Positions 49,639-60,321 are shown, counted from the whole stretch's first letter. The stretch: 63,056 bases of DNA, filler included, from Anaerolineae bacterium (GCA_041082215.1; 15 parts of 15 records of this genome joined end to end with filler, not necessarily neighbours in it), one strand, 5' to 3'. Translations and numbers: made by a program. The notes: a model not told the origin generated them from the letters alone.

Positions 49639-49667
49639 TTGCCACGCCGCCATCTATGTGGTATAAT
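49639..49667 (+). promoter_or_regulatory. Promoter of the nrdR operon
   Basis: TTGCCA-17 bp-TATAAT. Confidence 0.75.
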
Positions 49668-49675
49668 AGAGCTAC

Positions 49676-49722
49676 CCCCCAGATGTGGGGTCTCAACTTG
49701 CCATAATCCCCACATCTGGCGT
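49676..49722. promoter_or_regulatory. Tandem NrdR boxes
   Basis: cccCCAgATgTGGggt (49676) and tccCCAcATcTGGcgt (49707), 31 bp apart. Confidence 0.8.
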
Positions 49723-49755
49723 TTTTCTCTCCCTTGCAAAAGGAGGTTGGGCAAG

Positions 49756-50205
49756 ATGGAATGTCCCTACTGCGGTGCCAGGCGCACGTGGGTTATCGCC
49801 ACTGACCACGACGCCCGCGGCATCCGGCGGCGGCGGGAATGCCGCTCCTGCGGGCAACGGTTTACCACCCTGGAACGGGCGATCCTCACCACCCCCCTCG
49901 TCGTGAAGCGGGATGGACGGAGGGAGGAGTTCAGCCGGGAGAAGATCCTTTCCGGCCTGCGGATCGCCTGCGCCAGGCGGCCGATCTCCGCCGACGAGCT
50001 GGAACGGCTGGTGGATCGGGTTGAGGAGCACGTGCGACAGATGGGCCGGGCGGAGGTCCCCAGCCGGGTGATCGGGGACGCCGTTATCGCCGAGCTGCGG
50101 GAGCTGGACCCCGTCTCCTACATCCGGTACGCCATCGTCTATCTGGGGCTGGAAAACCTGAACGCGGTGCGGGCAGAGATCAATCGGTTGCTGGAAGGAG
50201 AATAG
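49756..50205 (+). CDS. nrdR: Transcriptional repressor NrdR
   Basis: CPYC...RRRRECRSCGQRFTTLE, ATP-cone VVKRDGRREEF. Confidence 0.95.
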   Translation: MECPYCGARRTWVIATDHDARGIRRRRECRSCGQRFTTLERAILTTPLVVKRDGRREEFSREKILSGLRIACARRPISADELERLVDRVEEHVRQMGRAEVPSRVIGDAVIAELRELDPVSYIRYAIVYLGLENLNAVRAEINRLLEGE

Positions 50206-50207
50206 AG

Positions 50208-50501
50208 ATGGCAGAAGAACCCAGACCTGAAAACACAGAGTATACCGTTGTGGCACGGGTGATCCGCCAGGAGGGCCACTGCGCCGCCGGGCACAAGGTT
50301 GGGGATGAGGTGGTCTTCGACGGGCTGACGGTCCGCGGCCAGATCTGTATCAGCGCCCTGTACAGCATCCTCCCCAAAGTGTTCGCCATGCGGTACGGGG
50401 CACAGTTCCCGTGGCTGGAGGACCCCGACGTGGCAACCCACGCCTGTCCGGACGCCTGGAATCCGGTGGTGTTCGAAATCCGGCGAGTTCGGGAGGAATA
50501 G
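50208..50501 (+). CDS. TIGR04076-family protein
   Basis: GHCAAGHKVGD, ICISAL, ACPD...VVFEI. Confidence 0.8.
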   Translation: MAEEPRPENTEYTVVARVIRQEGHCAAGHKVGDEVVFDGLTVRGQICISALYSILPKVFAMRYGAQFPWLEDPDVATHACPDAWNPVVFEIRRVREE

Positions 50502-50503
50502 GA

Positions 50504-51049
50504 GTGGAAGAGGAGCTGATCCCGTCCTACTGGCTGGAGGTTACTCTCTCCACCCACAGCGCAGAGGAGTTCGAGTATGAGGCGATTGCCCACCTGCCGG
50601 TGGACATCCGCGACGCGCTGCCCTACCTCAACGCCGTCCTCGACCGGGCGATCTACCTCCCCGACGGCCCGGCGCTTGCCTGGCGGCAGGAGGAGCACAA
50701 CATCGGCTTCTGGCCCGACCGCATCGCGGTGGACCATCTCCATAGCCGGGGGGAAGCCCGGCAGGCGGTTGAGGAGCTGATCGGGCTGGTCAACCGGGTG
50801 TGGGCCCGGCGGGGGGAGATCGAGCCGGATGCGAGAACGCACACGCCCCTCAAGCCGCTGGAGGTGTACCGGCTCCTGCCGCAGACCAACTGTGGCCTCT
50901 GCGGCGAAGCCACCTGTTTCACCTTCGCCCTGAAGGTGGCGGCCCGGCAGGCAAAAGCCGAAGAATGCCGTCCTCTGTACGAGGAAGCGGCCTGCGCCGA
51001 CCAGCGGGCACGCCTGGAAGCACTGCTTGCCCCCAGGGGAACCGGCTGA
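50504..51049 (+). CDS. (Fe-S)-binding protein
   Basis: LPYLNAVL; LPQTNCGLCGEATCFTFA...C. Confidence 0.8.
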   Translation: MEEELIPSYWLEVTLSTHSAEEFEYEAIAHLPVDIRDALPYLNAVLDRAIYLPDGPALAWRQEEHNIGFWPDRIAVDHLHSRGEARQAVEELIGLVNRVWARRGEIEPDARTHTPLKPLEVYRLLPQTNCGLCGEATCFTFALKVAARQAKAEECRPLYEEAACADQRARLEALLAPRGTG

Positions 51050-51070
51050 AAGTCAGGAGCTGAAGAAAAT

Positions 51071-51727
51071 ATGGCCAAGCACTTCGTCCTGGTCGCCGGC
51101 AACATCGGGGTGGGAAAGACCTCGCTCACCGAACGGGTCGGCTCCCGGCTGGGGTGGCGCACCGCCTTCGAGTCGGTGGCTGATAACCCCTACCTGGCCG
51201 ACTTCTACGCCGATATGCGCCAGTGGTCCTTCCACCTCCAGGTCTTCTTCCTCGGCCACCGCGCCCGCCAGCACCGGGCCCTGGCCGAGTGCCCGGAATC
51301 GGCGATCGCCGACCGGAGCATCTACGAGGACGCCCACATCTTCGCCCGCGCCCTGCACCACCTGGGCAACCTGAGCGAGCGGGACTACCAGGCATACCGG
51401 ACGGTCTTCGACCTGGTGGTGGAAGGACTCCCCCGGCCCGACCTGCTGCTCTACCTGAAGGCGCCGGTCCCGGTGCTGATGGACCGAATCCGCAGGCGAG
51501 GACGGGACATCGAAAAGGGGATCTCGGCTGAGTACCTCTCCCTGCTGGATATGTTCTACGAGGAATGGCTCCAGACATTCGACCTGTGCCCTGTGCTGAC
51601 CATCCGCACCGACGACCTGGACTTCGTGCACCGGCCGAAGCATCTGGACATCGTCGTGGAGCGCATACGGGAGAGGCTGACCGGGAAGGAGGAAGTCGTA
51701 TTCCCGGAAAACGGACCTGGAGAATGA
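51071..51727 (+). CDS. Deoxynucleoside kinase
   Basis: GNIGVGKT, DRSIYED, RIRRRGR. Confidence 0.92.
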   Translation: MAKHFVLVAGNIGVGKTSLTERVGSRLGWRTAFESVADNPYLADFYADMRQWSFHLQVFFLGHRARQHRALAECPESAIADRSIYEDAHIFARALHHLGNLSERDYQAYRTVFDLVVEGLPRPDLLLYLKAPVPVLMDRIRRRGRDIEKGISAEYLSLLDMFYEEWLQTFDLCPVLTIRTDDLDFVHRPKHLDIVVERIRERLTGKEEVVFPENGPGE

Positions 51728-51758
51728 GCTGGCGGGAAATCACGGGGAGGTCTGAGAG

Positions 51759-54700
51759 ATGGTTCAGGAAGTGTTGATAGAAGAGGAAGCCCACGGAGAG
51801 GCATCCGTGACGGCGCGGCTTTCGCCCAACGCGCTGGAGGTGCTCCGGCGACGGTACCTGCGAAGGGGGCCGGACGGGAAGCCAGCGGAGACAGTGGAGC
51901 AGATGTTCCGCCGGGTGGCCCACCACGTGGCCGTCGCTGAAGCGACGTGGAACGGGAATGTGGGAACGGTGGAGGAACGGTTTTACGACCTGCTCACCCA
52001 CCTCCGTTTCTTCCCCAACTCCCCCACCTTCACCGGAGCCGGAACCCCGCTGGGCCAGCTCGCGGCCTGCTTTGTGCTCCCCATCTCCGACGATATGGGG
52101 CGGGAGCCGGACGGCATCTTCCAGACCCTCCGCAACATGGCGCTGATCCAGCAGACCGGAGGGGGGACCGGCTTCTCCTTCTCCCGTCTGCGGCCCAAAG
52201 GGGCGATCGTCCACTCCAGCGGCGGCCGGGCCACCGGGCCGGTGGGCTTTATGCGGGTCTTCGACACGGCCAGCGAGATCGTGAGCCAGGGCGGGGCACG
52301 CCGGGGGGCCAATATGGCCGTGTTGCGGGTGGACCACCCCGACATCGAGGAGTTCATCACCTGCAAGACAAACGAGGGAGCCATCACCAACTTCAACATC
52401 TCTGTCGGAGTGACCGACGCCTTTATGCGCGCCGTCGAAGAGGACGGGATTCTGGAGCTGGTCAACCCCCAGGACAACACGGTGTGGCGACGGGTACGGG
52501 CACGACAGGTCTTCGATAAGATCGTCGCTGGGGCCCACCGGAACGGGGAGCCGGGGATGCTCTTCCTGGACACCGCCAACCGGGAGAACCCCTGCCCCCA
52601 CCTGGGACAGTACGAGGCAACCAACCCCTGTCTCCTGGGAGATACCTGGGTAGTGACCGACGAAGGCCCCGTCCAGGTCGAAAAGTTGGTGGGGAAATCC
52701 ACCTGCCTGCTGGTCAACGGTCGGTTCTATCCCACAACGGAGGAGGGTTTCTTCCCCACAGGGGAACGGGAAGTTCTGGAGATCCGTACTCGCCGGGGCT
52801 ACCGTATCTCCATCACACCCGAACATCCCCTCCGGGTCGTGACCCGGATGACCCGCTATGCGCTGGAATCCGATTGGCGAAGGGCCGGGGATCTGAAGCC
52901 CGGCGATTGGATCCTCCTGGGCGACAATCGGGAGGCCGTCTGGGGGGGGCGAGGTTCGTGGGAGGAGGGATATCTGCTGGGATTGCTGGTGGGTGACGGG
53001 ACGATCACCAATGGTAAGGCGGTCCTCCCTGTCTGGGGAGACGGGGAGGGGGCGAAAGCCATCCGCCGCCAACTGGAGCGCCTTGCTGCGGAGCTGCCCC
53101 ACCGAGCCGATTTTCGGGGCTTTACACGGGTCCCAAATCGAAAGGAAACGCGGCTGACATTGAAGGCTCTCTACGACTTGGCTGGCACCTATGGCCTCTC
53201 GGAAACGTTCAAAGGCGTCTCGGTGGAGATCGAGCAGACCAGCAGCGCGTTTCATGAGGGGTTCTTGCGTGGCCTCTTCGATACGGATGGTACGGTGGTG
53301 GGAGATCAATCAAAAGGGATCTCCGTGCGCCTGGCTCAGTCCGACATCGCGCTCCTGGAGGCTGTTCAGCGGATGCTGCATCGGCTGGGTATCGTCTCCT
53401 CGTTATACACGGAACGGCGCGTAGCAGGCACGCGCCCTCTGCCTGACGGCCGCGGAGGGATGCGAGAGTACGACATCAAGGTGCAACATGAGCTGGTCAT
53501 CAGTCGAGAAAACCTGGTATGGTTTGCAGACCGGATCGGCTTCACCGATACGGAGAAGGCGGCACGCCTGAACGGACGGCTCCGCGCGTACCGCCGGGAG
53601 ATCAACGGGGAGCGGTTTGTGGATGAGATTATCGCCATCGAATCGCGTGGTGTGGCTCCCGTTTACGACGCACAGGTGCCAGGAGTTCACGCTTTCGACG
53701 CCAACGGCTTCTACGTTCACAATTGCGGCGAACAGTTCCTCCTCCCCTACGAGAACTGCTGCCTGGGCTCGATCAACCTGGCCCGCCACGTGCGGACGGA
53801 CGACGGGGGCAGGGCCGCCATAGACTGGGAGAAATTGCAGGAAACGGTCGAGCTGGCGGTCCGTTTCCTGGACGACGTGGTGGAAGCCAATGGCTACGTC
53901 CCGGCAGTGCCCCAGCTCAGGGAGGCGGCCCAGCGCACCCGCCGCATCGGCCTGGGCATCATGGGCCTGGGGGACGTGATGTACCTTCTGGGGGTCCGCT
54001 ACGGGAGCGAGGAAGGGCTGGAGCTGGCCGCGCAACTGATGGAGTTCATCCGCTACCATGCGATGCTCTACAGCGTCCGGCTGGCCCGGGAACGGGGCCC
54101 CTTCCCCGCCATCGAGGGGAGCGTCTACGATCCCCAGGACCTCCGCTGGACCCCGCCCCACCCCCTCACCCCCTACCGACAACTGGAAAGATGGGGACGG
54201 CCCCCGCTGGACTGGGGGAAGGTGCTGGAAGGAATCCGGCAGCACGGGATCCGCAACGCAGCCCAGACCACCATCGCCCCCACCGGGACCATCGGCACGA
54301 TCGCCGGCTGCGAGGCATACGGCTGCGAACCGGTCTTCGCCCTGGCCTACGTGCGCCACGTGAACGACAACGGGCAGGACCTGGAGCTCCGCTACACCAG
54401 CCCCCTCTTCCTGCGTGCCCTGGAGCAGGCCGGGCTGGACGAGGCGACGCGGGAGCGGATTGTCCAGCAGGTGGTCCTCACTGGAAGCTGCCAGGAGGTC
54501 GAAGAGGTGCCGCCGCCTATCCGGGAGGTCTTCGTCGTGGCGGGGGACATCTCCGCCGAGGAGCACGTGCATATGCAGGCGGCACTCCAGGCATTTGTGG
54601 ACGCCTCCATCAGCAAGACGATCAACTTCCCCGCCGACGCCACCCGTGAGGATGTGGCGCGGGCCTTCCAGCTCGCCTGGAAGCTGGGCTGCAAGGGGCT

Positions 54701-55283
54701 GACGGTCTACGTGACCGGCTCCCGGGAACGGGCAGTGCTGGAGACAGAGCAGGTCCGGCGGGAGAAGGAGGCGAAGAAAGTCGAGGTTCCCACCCGCGTC
54801 CGGCCGCGCCCCCACGTCCTGGAGGGCCGCACCTACCGGCTGGGCACACCGCTGGGCACCGCCTACATCACCGTCAACCAGAACGGGGACGGGGAGCCGT
54901 TCGAGGTCTTCCTCAACGTTGGCAAGGCAGGGTCGGACACGGCAGCGGTGGCGGAGGCCATCGGGCGGCTGATCTCCCTGCTCCTCCGCATCCCCTCCCC
55001 CCTTTCCGCCACCCGCCGGCTGCAACAGGTGGTCCGCCAGCTCAAGGGGATCGGCGGCGGCCGCCCCCTGGGCTTTGGACGGGACCGGGTGCAGTCCCTT
55101 CCCGACGGGGTGGCCCAGGTACTGGCAGAGCATCTGGGGCTGGTGGAGCCGACGCTCCAGAAGGCGGGGGAACAGCTCCCCCTCTTCCCCGCAGGCGACC
55201 TCTGTCCCGAATGTGGCCACGCCGCGCTGATCAACGAGGAAGGGTGCCGCCACTGCTACGCCTGCGGGTACAGCGAATGCTGA
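51759..55283 (+). CDS. nrdJ: Class II (B12-dependent) ribonucleotide reductase with intein and TSCPD domain
   Basis: PNSPT, ACFV, GGGTG, RRGANM, TNP|CGEQ, TIAPTGT, SKTIN, C-terminal CPECG...EGC. Confidence 0.93.
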   Translation: MVQEVLIEEEAHGEASVTARLSPNALEVLRRRYLRRGPDGKPAETVEQMFRRVAHHVAVAEATWNGNVGTVEERFYDLLTHLRFFPNSPTFTGAGTPLGQLAACFVLPISDDMGREPDGIFQTLRNMALIQQTGGGTGFSFSRLRPKGAIVHSSGGRATGPVGFMRVFDTASEIVSQGGARRGANMAVLRVDHPDIEEFITCKTNEGAITNFNISVGVTDAFMRAVEEDGILELVNPQDNTVWRRVRARQVFDKIVAGAHRNGEPGMLFLDTANRENPCPHLGQYEATNPCLLGDTWVVTDEGPVQVEKLVGKSTCLLVNGRFYPTTEEGFFPTGEREVLEIRTRRGYRISITPEHPLRVVTRMTRYALESDWRRAGDLKPGDWILLGDNREAVWGGRGSWEEGYLLGLLVGDGTITNGKAVLPVWGDGEGAKAIRRQLERLAAELPHRADFRGFTRVPNRKETRLTLKALYDLAGTYGLSETFKGVSVEIEQTSSAFHEGFLRGLFDTDGTVVGDQSKGISVRLAQSDIALLEAVQRMLHRLGIVSSLYTERRVAGTRPLPDGRGGMREYDIKVQHELVISRENLVWFADRIGFTDTEKAARLNGRLRAYRREINGERFVDEIIAIESRGVAPVYDAQVPGVHAFDANGFYVHNCGEQFLLPYENCCLGSINLARHVRTDDGGRAAIDWEKLQETVELAVRFLDDVVEANGYVPAVPQLREAAQRTRRIGLGIMGLGDVMYLLGVRYGSEEGLELAAQLMEFIRYHAMLYSVRLARERGPFPAIEGSVYDPQDLRWTPPHPLTPYRQLERWGRPPLDWGKVLEGIRQHGIRNAAQTTIAPTGTIGTIAGCEAYGCEPVFALAYVRHVNDNGQDLELRYTSPLFLRALEQAGLDEATRERIVQQVVLTGSCQEVEEVPPPIREVFVVAGDISAEEHVHMQAALQAFVDASISKTINFPADATREDVARAFQLAWKLGCKGLTVYVTGSRERAVLETEQVRREKEAKKVEVPTRVRPRPHVLEGRTYRLGTPLGTAYITVNQNGDGEPFEVFLNVGKAGSDTAAVAEAIGRLISLLLRIPSPLSATRRLQQVVRQLKGIGGGRPLGFGRDRVQSLPDGVAQVLAEHLGLVEPTLQKAGEQLPLFPAGDLCPECGHAALINEEGCRHCYACGYSEC
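52629..53723 (+). mobile_element. Intein (365 aa) with LAGLIDADG homing endonuclease in nrdJ
   Basis: Starts CLLGDT, TPEHP block [11 protein letters not shown] and [10 protein letters not shown], ends FYVHN before CGEQ. Confidence 0.93.
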
Positions 55284-55404
55284 ACGAATAACGGATGCCA
55301 GGGGAAGGAATCCCTGCCACAGGGGCACGAGGAACACGGAGGAACACCGCGAGGCTCTGTGTCCTTCGTGTCTTTGTGGTTTTTAGCGCTGTGGGGGAGA
55401 AGAA

Positions 55405-56082
55405 ATGACGCGGGCAGGGCCGTTGCGCTGGGCCACCGGAGCCGGATGGCTGATCCTGGTGGGAGGAGCGGCGGGGCCGGAGGGAATCGCGCCAGAGGTG
55501 GACGAACGGCTGCTGGCGCTGGCCGACTTCTCCCGCCCCCTCGCCTTCCTCCCCACTGCCAGCGGCTCTCTGGAAGCGGGGGAGCCGCTCCTCGACCTGT
55601 ACGCCAGCCTGGGCGGCCCCCGTGGCTATGTGGTCCCCATCCTCAGCCCGGTGGATGCCCTGGATGAGGAGAACGGGGAGATGCTGGCCGAGGCGGGGGT
55701 GATCCTCCTGGGGGACGGGGACGGGCTGGCCCTGGCGCGGGCGCTGCGGAACAGTCTGGCGCTGGAAAGGATGGCCGAAGCATTTGTCCGCGGCGCGTTG
55801 ATCGTGGGGATCGGGGCAGGCGCCGCGCCGCTGGGGACCTGGACCGTGGCGGCTGGAGCGCCCACCGGGGGGGAAGAGGGCTGGGGCTGGATCGCCAACG
55901 CCGTGGTGGTCCCCCGCTTCGCCGGCTCTGCCCAGGCGCAGGACCTTCAGGCCGCGCTGCGGATGCGGCCGGGCCTGGTGGGGATCGGCATCCCCGAAGG
56001 GGTTGCCCTCGCCCTGGGGCCGGAGGGGCAGGTGGAGACCTGGGGACAGGGGGAGGTCACCGTCGTCGTCGCCCGCCCGTAG
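55405..56082 (+). CDS. Peptidase S51/cyanophycinase-like (GATase fold) protein
   Basis: LILVGG, FLPTAS, GIGAGA, GIGIPEGVAL...GQGEV. Confidence 0.65.
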   Translation: MTRAGPLRWATGAGWLILVGGAAGPEGIAPEVDERLLALADFSRPLAFLPTASGSLEAGEPLLDLYASLGGPRGYVVPILSPVDALDEENGEMLAEAGVILLGDGDGLALARALRNSLALERMAEAFVRGALIVGIGAGAAPLGTWTVAAGAPTGGEEGWGWIANAVVVPRFAGSAQAQDLQAALRMRPGLVGIGIPEGVALALGPEGQVETWGQGEVTVVVARP

Positions 56083-56093
56083 ATGCGCCGGGC

Positions 56094-57575
56094 CTACGGG
56101 GTCGGGTTGAAGAAATTGTAGGTGGCAGTGGCGATCTTCCCGATAAGCGGGTTGGAGACCTCCCACTCCAGCCATTCGGGGCGGTAGAGGAAGACCACCA
56201 GCACGAAATCACCGCCGGGGCTGAAGACGAGAGCGGCGTCGGCGTGGGTATCCCCGATCCAGCCGTGTTTGTGGGCCACCTGTGTCCCCGGCGGCAGCCC
56301 CGCCTCGATCAGGCTGTCTATCCGGTTCTGGGACATCATCTCCACCATCTGCTGGCACTCCTCCGGAGTGAAGGCCCCGGGGTAGGCGACCATCAGCGCC
56401 CCACCCCCTTTGCTGCACTGATAGATCATCTCCAGCAGAAGCCCCATGTCCCGCGCCGTCGTCTGCATGTACGGATCGGGCCGGGTGTTCAGGTCGGTCC
56501 GGGAGTTGGCCGGCGTGACGATGGTGGGGGGAACGACCTCCTCATCGTAGGGGGTTGCCATAAAGGTGTTGATCAGCCCCAGATAATGCATCGAGGCGGT
56601 CACGTTTTCGACCCCCTGGTAGCCGTCTCCGTTGCCGATGACATCCCGCAGGAGCAGGTTGGCGGTGAAATTACCGCTCAGCGTCATCGTCTCCGTGAGC
56701 AGCTTGGTCTCCTCCGCGCTGAGGGTGTGATCCAGCGCCCGGTACGCTTCGACCATCACCGCGATCTTGACCACGCTCATCCCAGCATAGGCAACGTCCG
56801 GATTGACCTCCAGCTCGGCCCCGGTCTGCAGGTCCTTGACGAAAATGCTGGGGATGCCGTCGAAATCGGCCAGGAGGGCGTCGAGCATTTCTTTCAGTTG
56901 AGCCATCTGGAGCGGCGGGGCTTCCTCTACCCGGACGACCAGCTCCGCCTGACGGTTCACCGCGGAGAGGAGGGCTGCGGTCACCCGCTGCCGGGAGGCC
57001 TCCAGGTCCAGCTCATACCCAGGCCGGCCAGCGCGGAAGGTGAGGGCGTCGGGCAGGGGGACAGGGGGCTGAGGGGGGCGGTCGTACTGCTGGGCGACGC
57101 GGTTGAGGAAGCCGTCCAGCCGGTCAGGGGAGTAGGTCACCATCGGATGGACCTCCAGCGGCTCCGGCTCCCGTCGGAGAAGGTAGGAAAGGAAGCCATC
57201 CAGGCTCCTGCGGGGGGCAACGGCCTGCTCGATGGCGGCCCGCGTCCCTTCGGGATCGAACTGAAGGGCGATGCTTTCGGGATTGAGCACCAGAGCCTGG
57301 TCCTGATAGGTGAGCTGGACCGGCTGGGCAAAGGCGCTCTCCAGAGCGCTCAGCACCTGGTCCGGCGTCATCCCCTCGACCTCCAGGCCAGCCACCGTCA
57401 TGCCGGCGGGCATCGTCCTCAGGCTGGCCTGATAGCCGATGAACTGCCAGACCAGGAAGGCCAGGAGAATGCCCACCAGGACAAGAAACCAGATCCCTCC
57501 CCTGCGTCGTCTTCGCACAGCGTACCTCCCGTACTGCGGTGAACGGAGTGAGTAACTGCCTACGTCGGAGGCCAA
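56094..57575 (-). CDS. Membrane-anchored class A beta-lactamase-like serine hydrolase with peptidoglycan-binding region
   Basis: SVVK, SGN, AHKHGW, HADAALV. Confidence 0.8.
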   Translation of the reverse strand: MASDVGSYSLRSPQYGRYAVRRRRRGGIWFLVLVGILLAFLVWQFIGYQASLRTMPAGMTVAGLEVEGMTPDQVLSALESAFAQPVQLTYQDQALVLNPESIALQFDPEGTRAAIEQAVAPRRSLDGFLSYLLRREPEPLEVHPMVTYSPDRLDGFLNRVAQQYDRPPQPPVPLPDALTFRAGRPGYELDLEASRQRVTAALLSAVNRQAELVVRVEEAPPLQMAQLKEMLDALLADFDGIPSIFVKDLQTGAELEVNPDVAYAGMSVVKIAVMVEAYRALDHTLSAEETKLLTETMTLSGNFTANLLLRDVIGNGDGYQGVENVTASMHYLGLINTFMATPYDEEVVPPTIVTPANSRTDLNTRPDPYMQTTARDMGLLLEMIYQCSKGGGALMVAYPGAFTPEECQQMVEMMSQNRIDSLIEAGLPPGTQVAHKHGWIGDTHADAALVFSPGGDFVLVVFLYRPEWLEWEVSNPLIGKIATATYNFFNPTP

Positions 57576-57589
57576 TTGCTCCGCCCGGT

Positions 57590-57746
57590 CTCACCTCACC
57601 CCCGCCCGCCTGCGGGGGGCAGCCCTCACCTCACCCCCGCCCGCCTGCGGGGGGCAGCCCTCACCTCACCCCCGCCCGCCTGCGGCGGGCACCCCCTCCC
57701 CTCTCCCGCCACGCGGGGGGCAGCCCTCACCTCACCCCCGCCCGCC
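57590..57746. repeat. 35-bp tandem REP-like repeats
   Basis: ctcacctcacccccgcccgcctgcggggggcagcc at 57590 and 57625, partial at 57660 and 57726. Confidence 0.8.
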
Positions 57747-57847
57747 NNNNNNNNNNNNNNNNNNNNNNNNNNNNNNNNNNNNNNNNNNNNTTAATTAATT
57801 AANNNNNNNNNNNNNNNNNNNNNNNNNNNNNNNNNNNNNNNNNNNNT

Positions 57848-58036
57848 CTGGGCGACCTGGTCGCCCGGCTGGCGATGCCCTTCAACGTCCTGGTGGCCCA
57901 TCAGGACCGGCGGGTGGTGCAGACGCAGCGCCCCAGGCCCAGCGCGCTGCGGATAGATGAGCAACTCGTCCAGGGCGACCGGCCCATCGTGGAGTACCGC
58001 CGACGGCGGGAGGAGTTGAAGGTGACAGTCACCTGA
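57848..58036 (+). CDS. Rieske oxygenase-like C-terminal fragment
   Basis: HQDRRVVQTQRP...EQLVQGDRPIVEYRR. Confidence 0.5.
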   Translation: MGDLVARLAMPFNVLVAHQDRRVVQTQRPRPSALRIDEQLVQGDRPIVEYRRRREELKVTVT

Positions 58037-58052
58037 AAGGTGACTGTCACCT
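58020..58052. repeat. Palindromic element
   Basis: aggtgacagtcacct-gaa-aggtgactgtcacct. Confidence 0.7.
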
Positions 58053-58072
58053 GCTCGGACTTGGAGGTGCCG

Positions 58073-59293
58073 ATGCCAAACAACCGACGTGTACTGAGTC
58101 TTCTTTTCCTCTTCGTCTTTGTGGACGTGCTGGGCTTCAGCCTCATCCTGCCGCTGCTCCCTTACTACGCGGCCACCTTCGGCGCAACGGCGGAGATGGT
58201 GGGGCTCCTGCTGGGGGCCAACGCGCTGACGCAACTCCTGGGGGCACCGGTCCTGGGTCGCCTGTCCGACCGGTACGGCCGCAAGCCGATGCTTCTTTTG
58301 AGCCTTGCCGGGACGGTGGTGGGCTTCCTGATGCTGGGGCTGGCCCGGTCGCTGGCGATGCTGTTTGCCAGCCGGGTGGTGGACGGCTTCCTGGGCGGCA
58401 ACATATCGCTGGCCCAGGCCTACATCAGCGACGTGACCGACGGGAAAGAGCGGACGAAGGGATTCGGCCTGATCGGCGCGGCCTTCGGCCTGGGCTTCAT
58501 CTTCGGGCCTGCGCTGGGCGGCGCGCTGGCCGGAGGCGGCAACTACGCGCTCCCCGCGCTGGTCGCCGCGGGACTTGCGCTCCTCAACCTGCTGGGGGTG
58601 CTGGTCTGGCTTCCGGAGTCGCTCCCCCGCGAGGAGCGGGAGCGGCGGGCCCGGGAGCCGCGCGCGGCCTTTTCCCTGCGCGTCCTCTGGGAGGCGCTGA
58701 GCCTGCCCTGCGTGGGTCCGCTCCTGCAGACCCAGCTCTTCTACAGCCTGGCCTTCACCATCTTTGAGACCGTCTTCTCCCTCTTCGCGCTGGAGCGGCT
58801 GGGGCTGGACGCCCGCACCACCAGTTTCGTCCTCACCTACGTGGGGATTCTGGTGGTGCTGGTCCAGGGGGTGGGCATCCGGCTGCTGGTCCGCCGCTTT
58901 ACCGATAAGCAACTGGTCTTCGGGGGCAGCGCCCTGCTGGCCCTCTCCCTGCTGGCCTGGGCCATCACACCGTCGCTTCCGGTGCTGCTGGTGGTGCTGG
59001 CCCCGCTGGCCCTGGCCTCCGGCGTCCTGCGGGTCTCCGTCAACACCGCGCTCACCCGCTCCGTCTGGCCGGAGGAGGTGGGCGGGACGCTGGGGCTTTC
59101 GGCGGCGCTGGGGAGCATCACCCGCGTCGTCGCTCCGACAATCGGCGGCTTCCTCCTGGGCCAGGTAGGAGCGCCCGCCCCGGGGGTGCTGGGGGCGCTG
59201 TTGATGGCGTGGCTTGTCTACTACACCTGGAAGCGGATGCTCTTTGTGCCGGACCTGGCCTGCCCGGCGCCGAGGGGCGCCAGCGGAATGTAG
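58073..59293 (+). CDS. MFS transporter (TetA/DHA1-like)
   Basis: GRLSDRYGRKP, AQAYISD, GFIFGPALGG. Confidence 0.9.
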   Translation: MPNNRRVLSLLFLFVFVDVLGFSLILPLLPYYAATFGATAEMVGLLLGANALTQLLGAPVLGRLSDRYGRKPMLLLSLAGTVVGFLMLGLARSLAMLFASRVVDGFLGGNISLAQAYISDVTDGKERTKGFGLIGAAFGLGFIFGPALGGALAGGGNYALPALVAAGLALLNLLGVLVWLPESLPREERERRAREPRAAFSLRVLWEALSLPCVGPLLQTQLFYSLAFTIFETVFSLFALERLGLDARTTSFVLTYVGILVVLVQGVGIRLLVRRFTDKQLVFGGSALLALSLLAWAITPSLPVLLVVLAPLALASGVLRVSVNTALTRSVWPEEVGGTLGLSAALGSITRVVAPTIGGFLLGQVGAPAPGVLGALLMAWLVYYTWKRMLFVPDLACPAPRGASGM

Positions 59294-59304
59294 CGCAGGC
59301 GGAT

Positions 59305-59329
59305 GTAGCGCAAGATTCAATCTTGCGCT
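59305..59329. repeat. GTAG-family REP-like palindrome
   Basis: GTAGCGCAAGATT-c-AATCTTGCGCT. Confidence 0.65.
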
Positions 59330-59364
59330 CCGGGCCGATTCCTAATCGGCGCACAGGAGGCGCT

Positions 59365-60321
59365 ATGTCCCAACCCCGTCTCGTCGTCAGCAAATGTCTG
59401 GGATTTGACCGCTGCCGCTATGACGGCAGCGTCATCCCCGACCCGGTGGTGGACTCCCTGCGGGCGTGGGTGGAGTTACTCCCCGTCTGCCCGGAGGTGG
59501 AGTTGGGCCTGGGCGCGCCCCGCCCGCCGGTCCGGCTGGTCCAGGTTGGTGGGGAGGTCCGGCTCCTGCAGCCCGCCACTGGCCGGGACCTGACGGAGGC
59601 TATGCGGGCCTTCGCCGCGTCGTTCCTGGAGGGGCTTCCGCCGGTGGACGGCTTCATCCTCAAGAACCGCTCCCCCTCCTGCGGGATCAGGGACGCGAAG
59701 CTCTACGCCGCGCCGGAGAAGGCGCCGTCGGTGGGGATGGGGCCGGGGATGTTCGGCGGGGCCGTCCGGGCCCGTTTCCCCGACCTCCCCGTGGAGGACG
59801 AAGGGCGGCTCACCAACCGGGCCATCCGGGAGCATTTCTTCACCGTCATTTTCGCGCTGGCCCGGCTGCGGGAAGTGGTGGATACGGGCCAGATGGGGGC
59901 GCTGGTGGACTTTCACACCCGTCACAAACTCCTGCTGATGGCCTACAACCAGGCCCGCATGCGGGAGCTGGGCCGGGTCGTCGCCAACCTCCAGCGGCGG
60001 CCCGTCGGCGAGGTGATGGCCGCCTACGTCGCCGGGTTCCGGGCCGCGCTGGCCCGCCCGCCCCGCCGCCCCGCCGTCGTCAACGTCCTCATGCACGCCC
60101 TGGGCTACCTCTCCGACCGGCTTACCCCGGCAGAGAAGGGGTACTTCCTGGACCTGCTGACAGCGTATCGGGAGGGGCGGCAACCGCTGAGCACGCTGGT
60201 GGCGGTGCTGCGGGCCTGGATCCTCCGCTTTGAGGAGCCGTACCTTGCGGCGCAGACCTTCTTCTCGCCGTTCCCGGAAGGGCTGGTCTCCCTCAGCGAT
60301 TCGGGAAGGGGAGGGGACTGA
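59365..60321 (+). CDS. DUF523 plus DUF1722 (YbgA) protein
   Basis: SKCLG...RYDG, CPEVELGLG, SPSCG, EDEGRL, FHTRHKLLLMA. Confidence 0.88.
   Translation: MSQPRLVVSKCLGFDRCRYDGSVIPDPVVDSLRAWVELLPVCPEVELGLGAPRPPVRLVQVGGEVRLLQPATGRDLTEAMRAFAASFLEGLPPVDGFILKNRSPSCGIRDAKLYAAPEKAPSVGMGPGMFGGAVRARFPDLPVEDEGRLTNRAIREHFFTVIFALARLREVVDTGQMGALVDFHTRHKLLLMAYNQARMRELGRVVANLQRRPVGEVMAAYVAGFRAALARPPRRPAVVNVLMHALGYLSDRLTPAEKGYFLDLLTAYREGRQPLSTLVAVLRAWILRFEEPYLAAQTFFSPFPEGLVSLSDSGRGGD

Noticed and set aside
51126..55337. Long antisense ORFs opposite nrdJ, and similar ones opposite most genes
   Set aside because: Shadow frames typical of high-GC coding DNA, with no recognisable motifs
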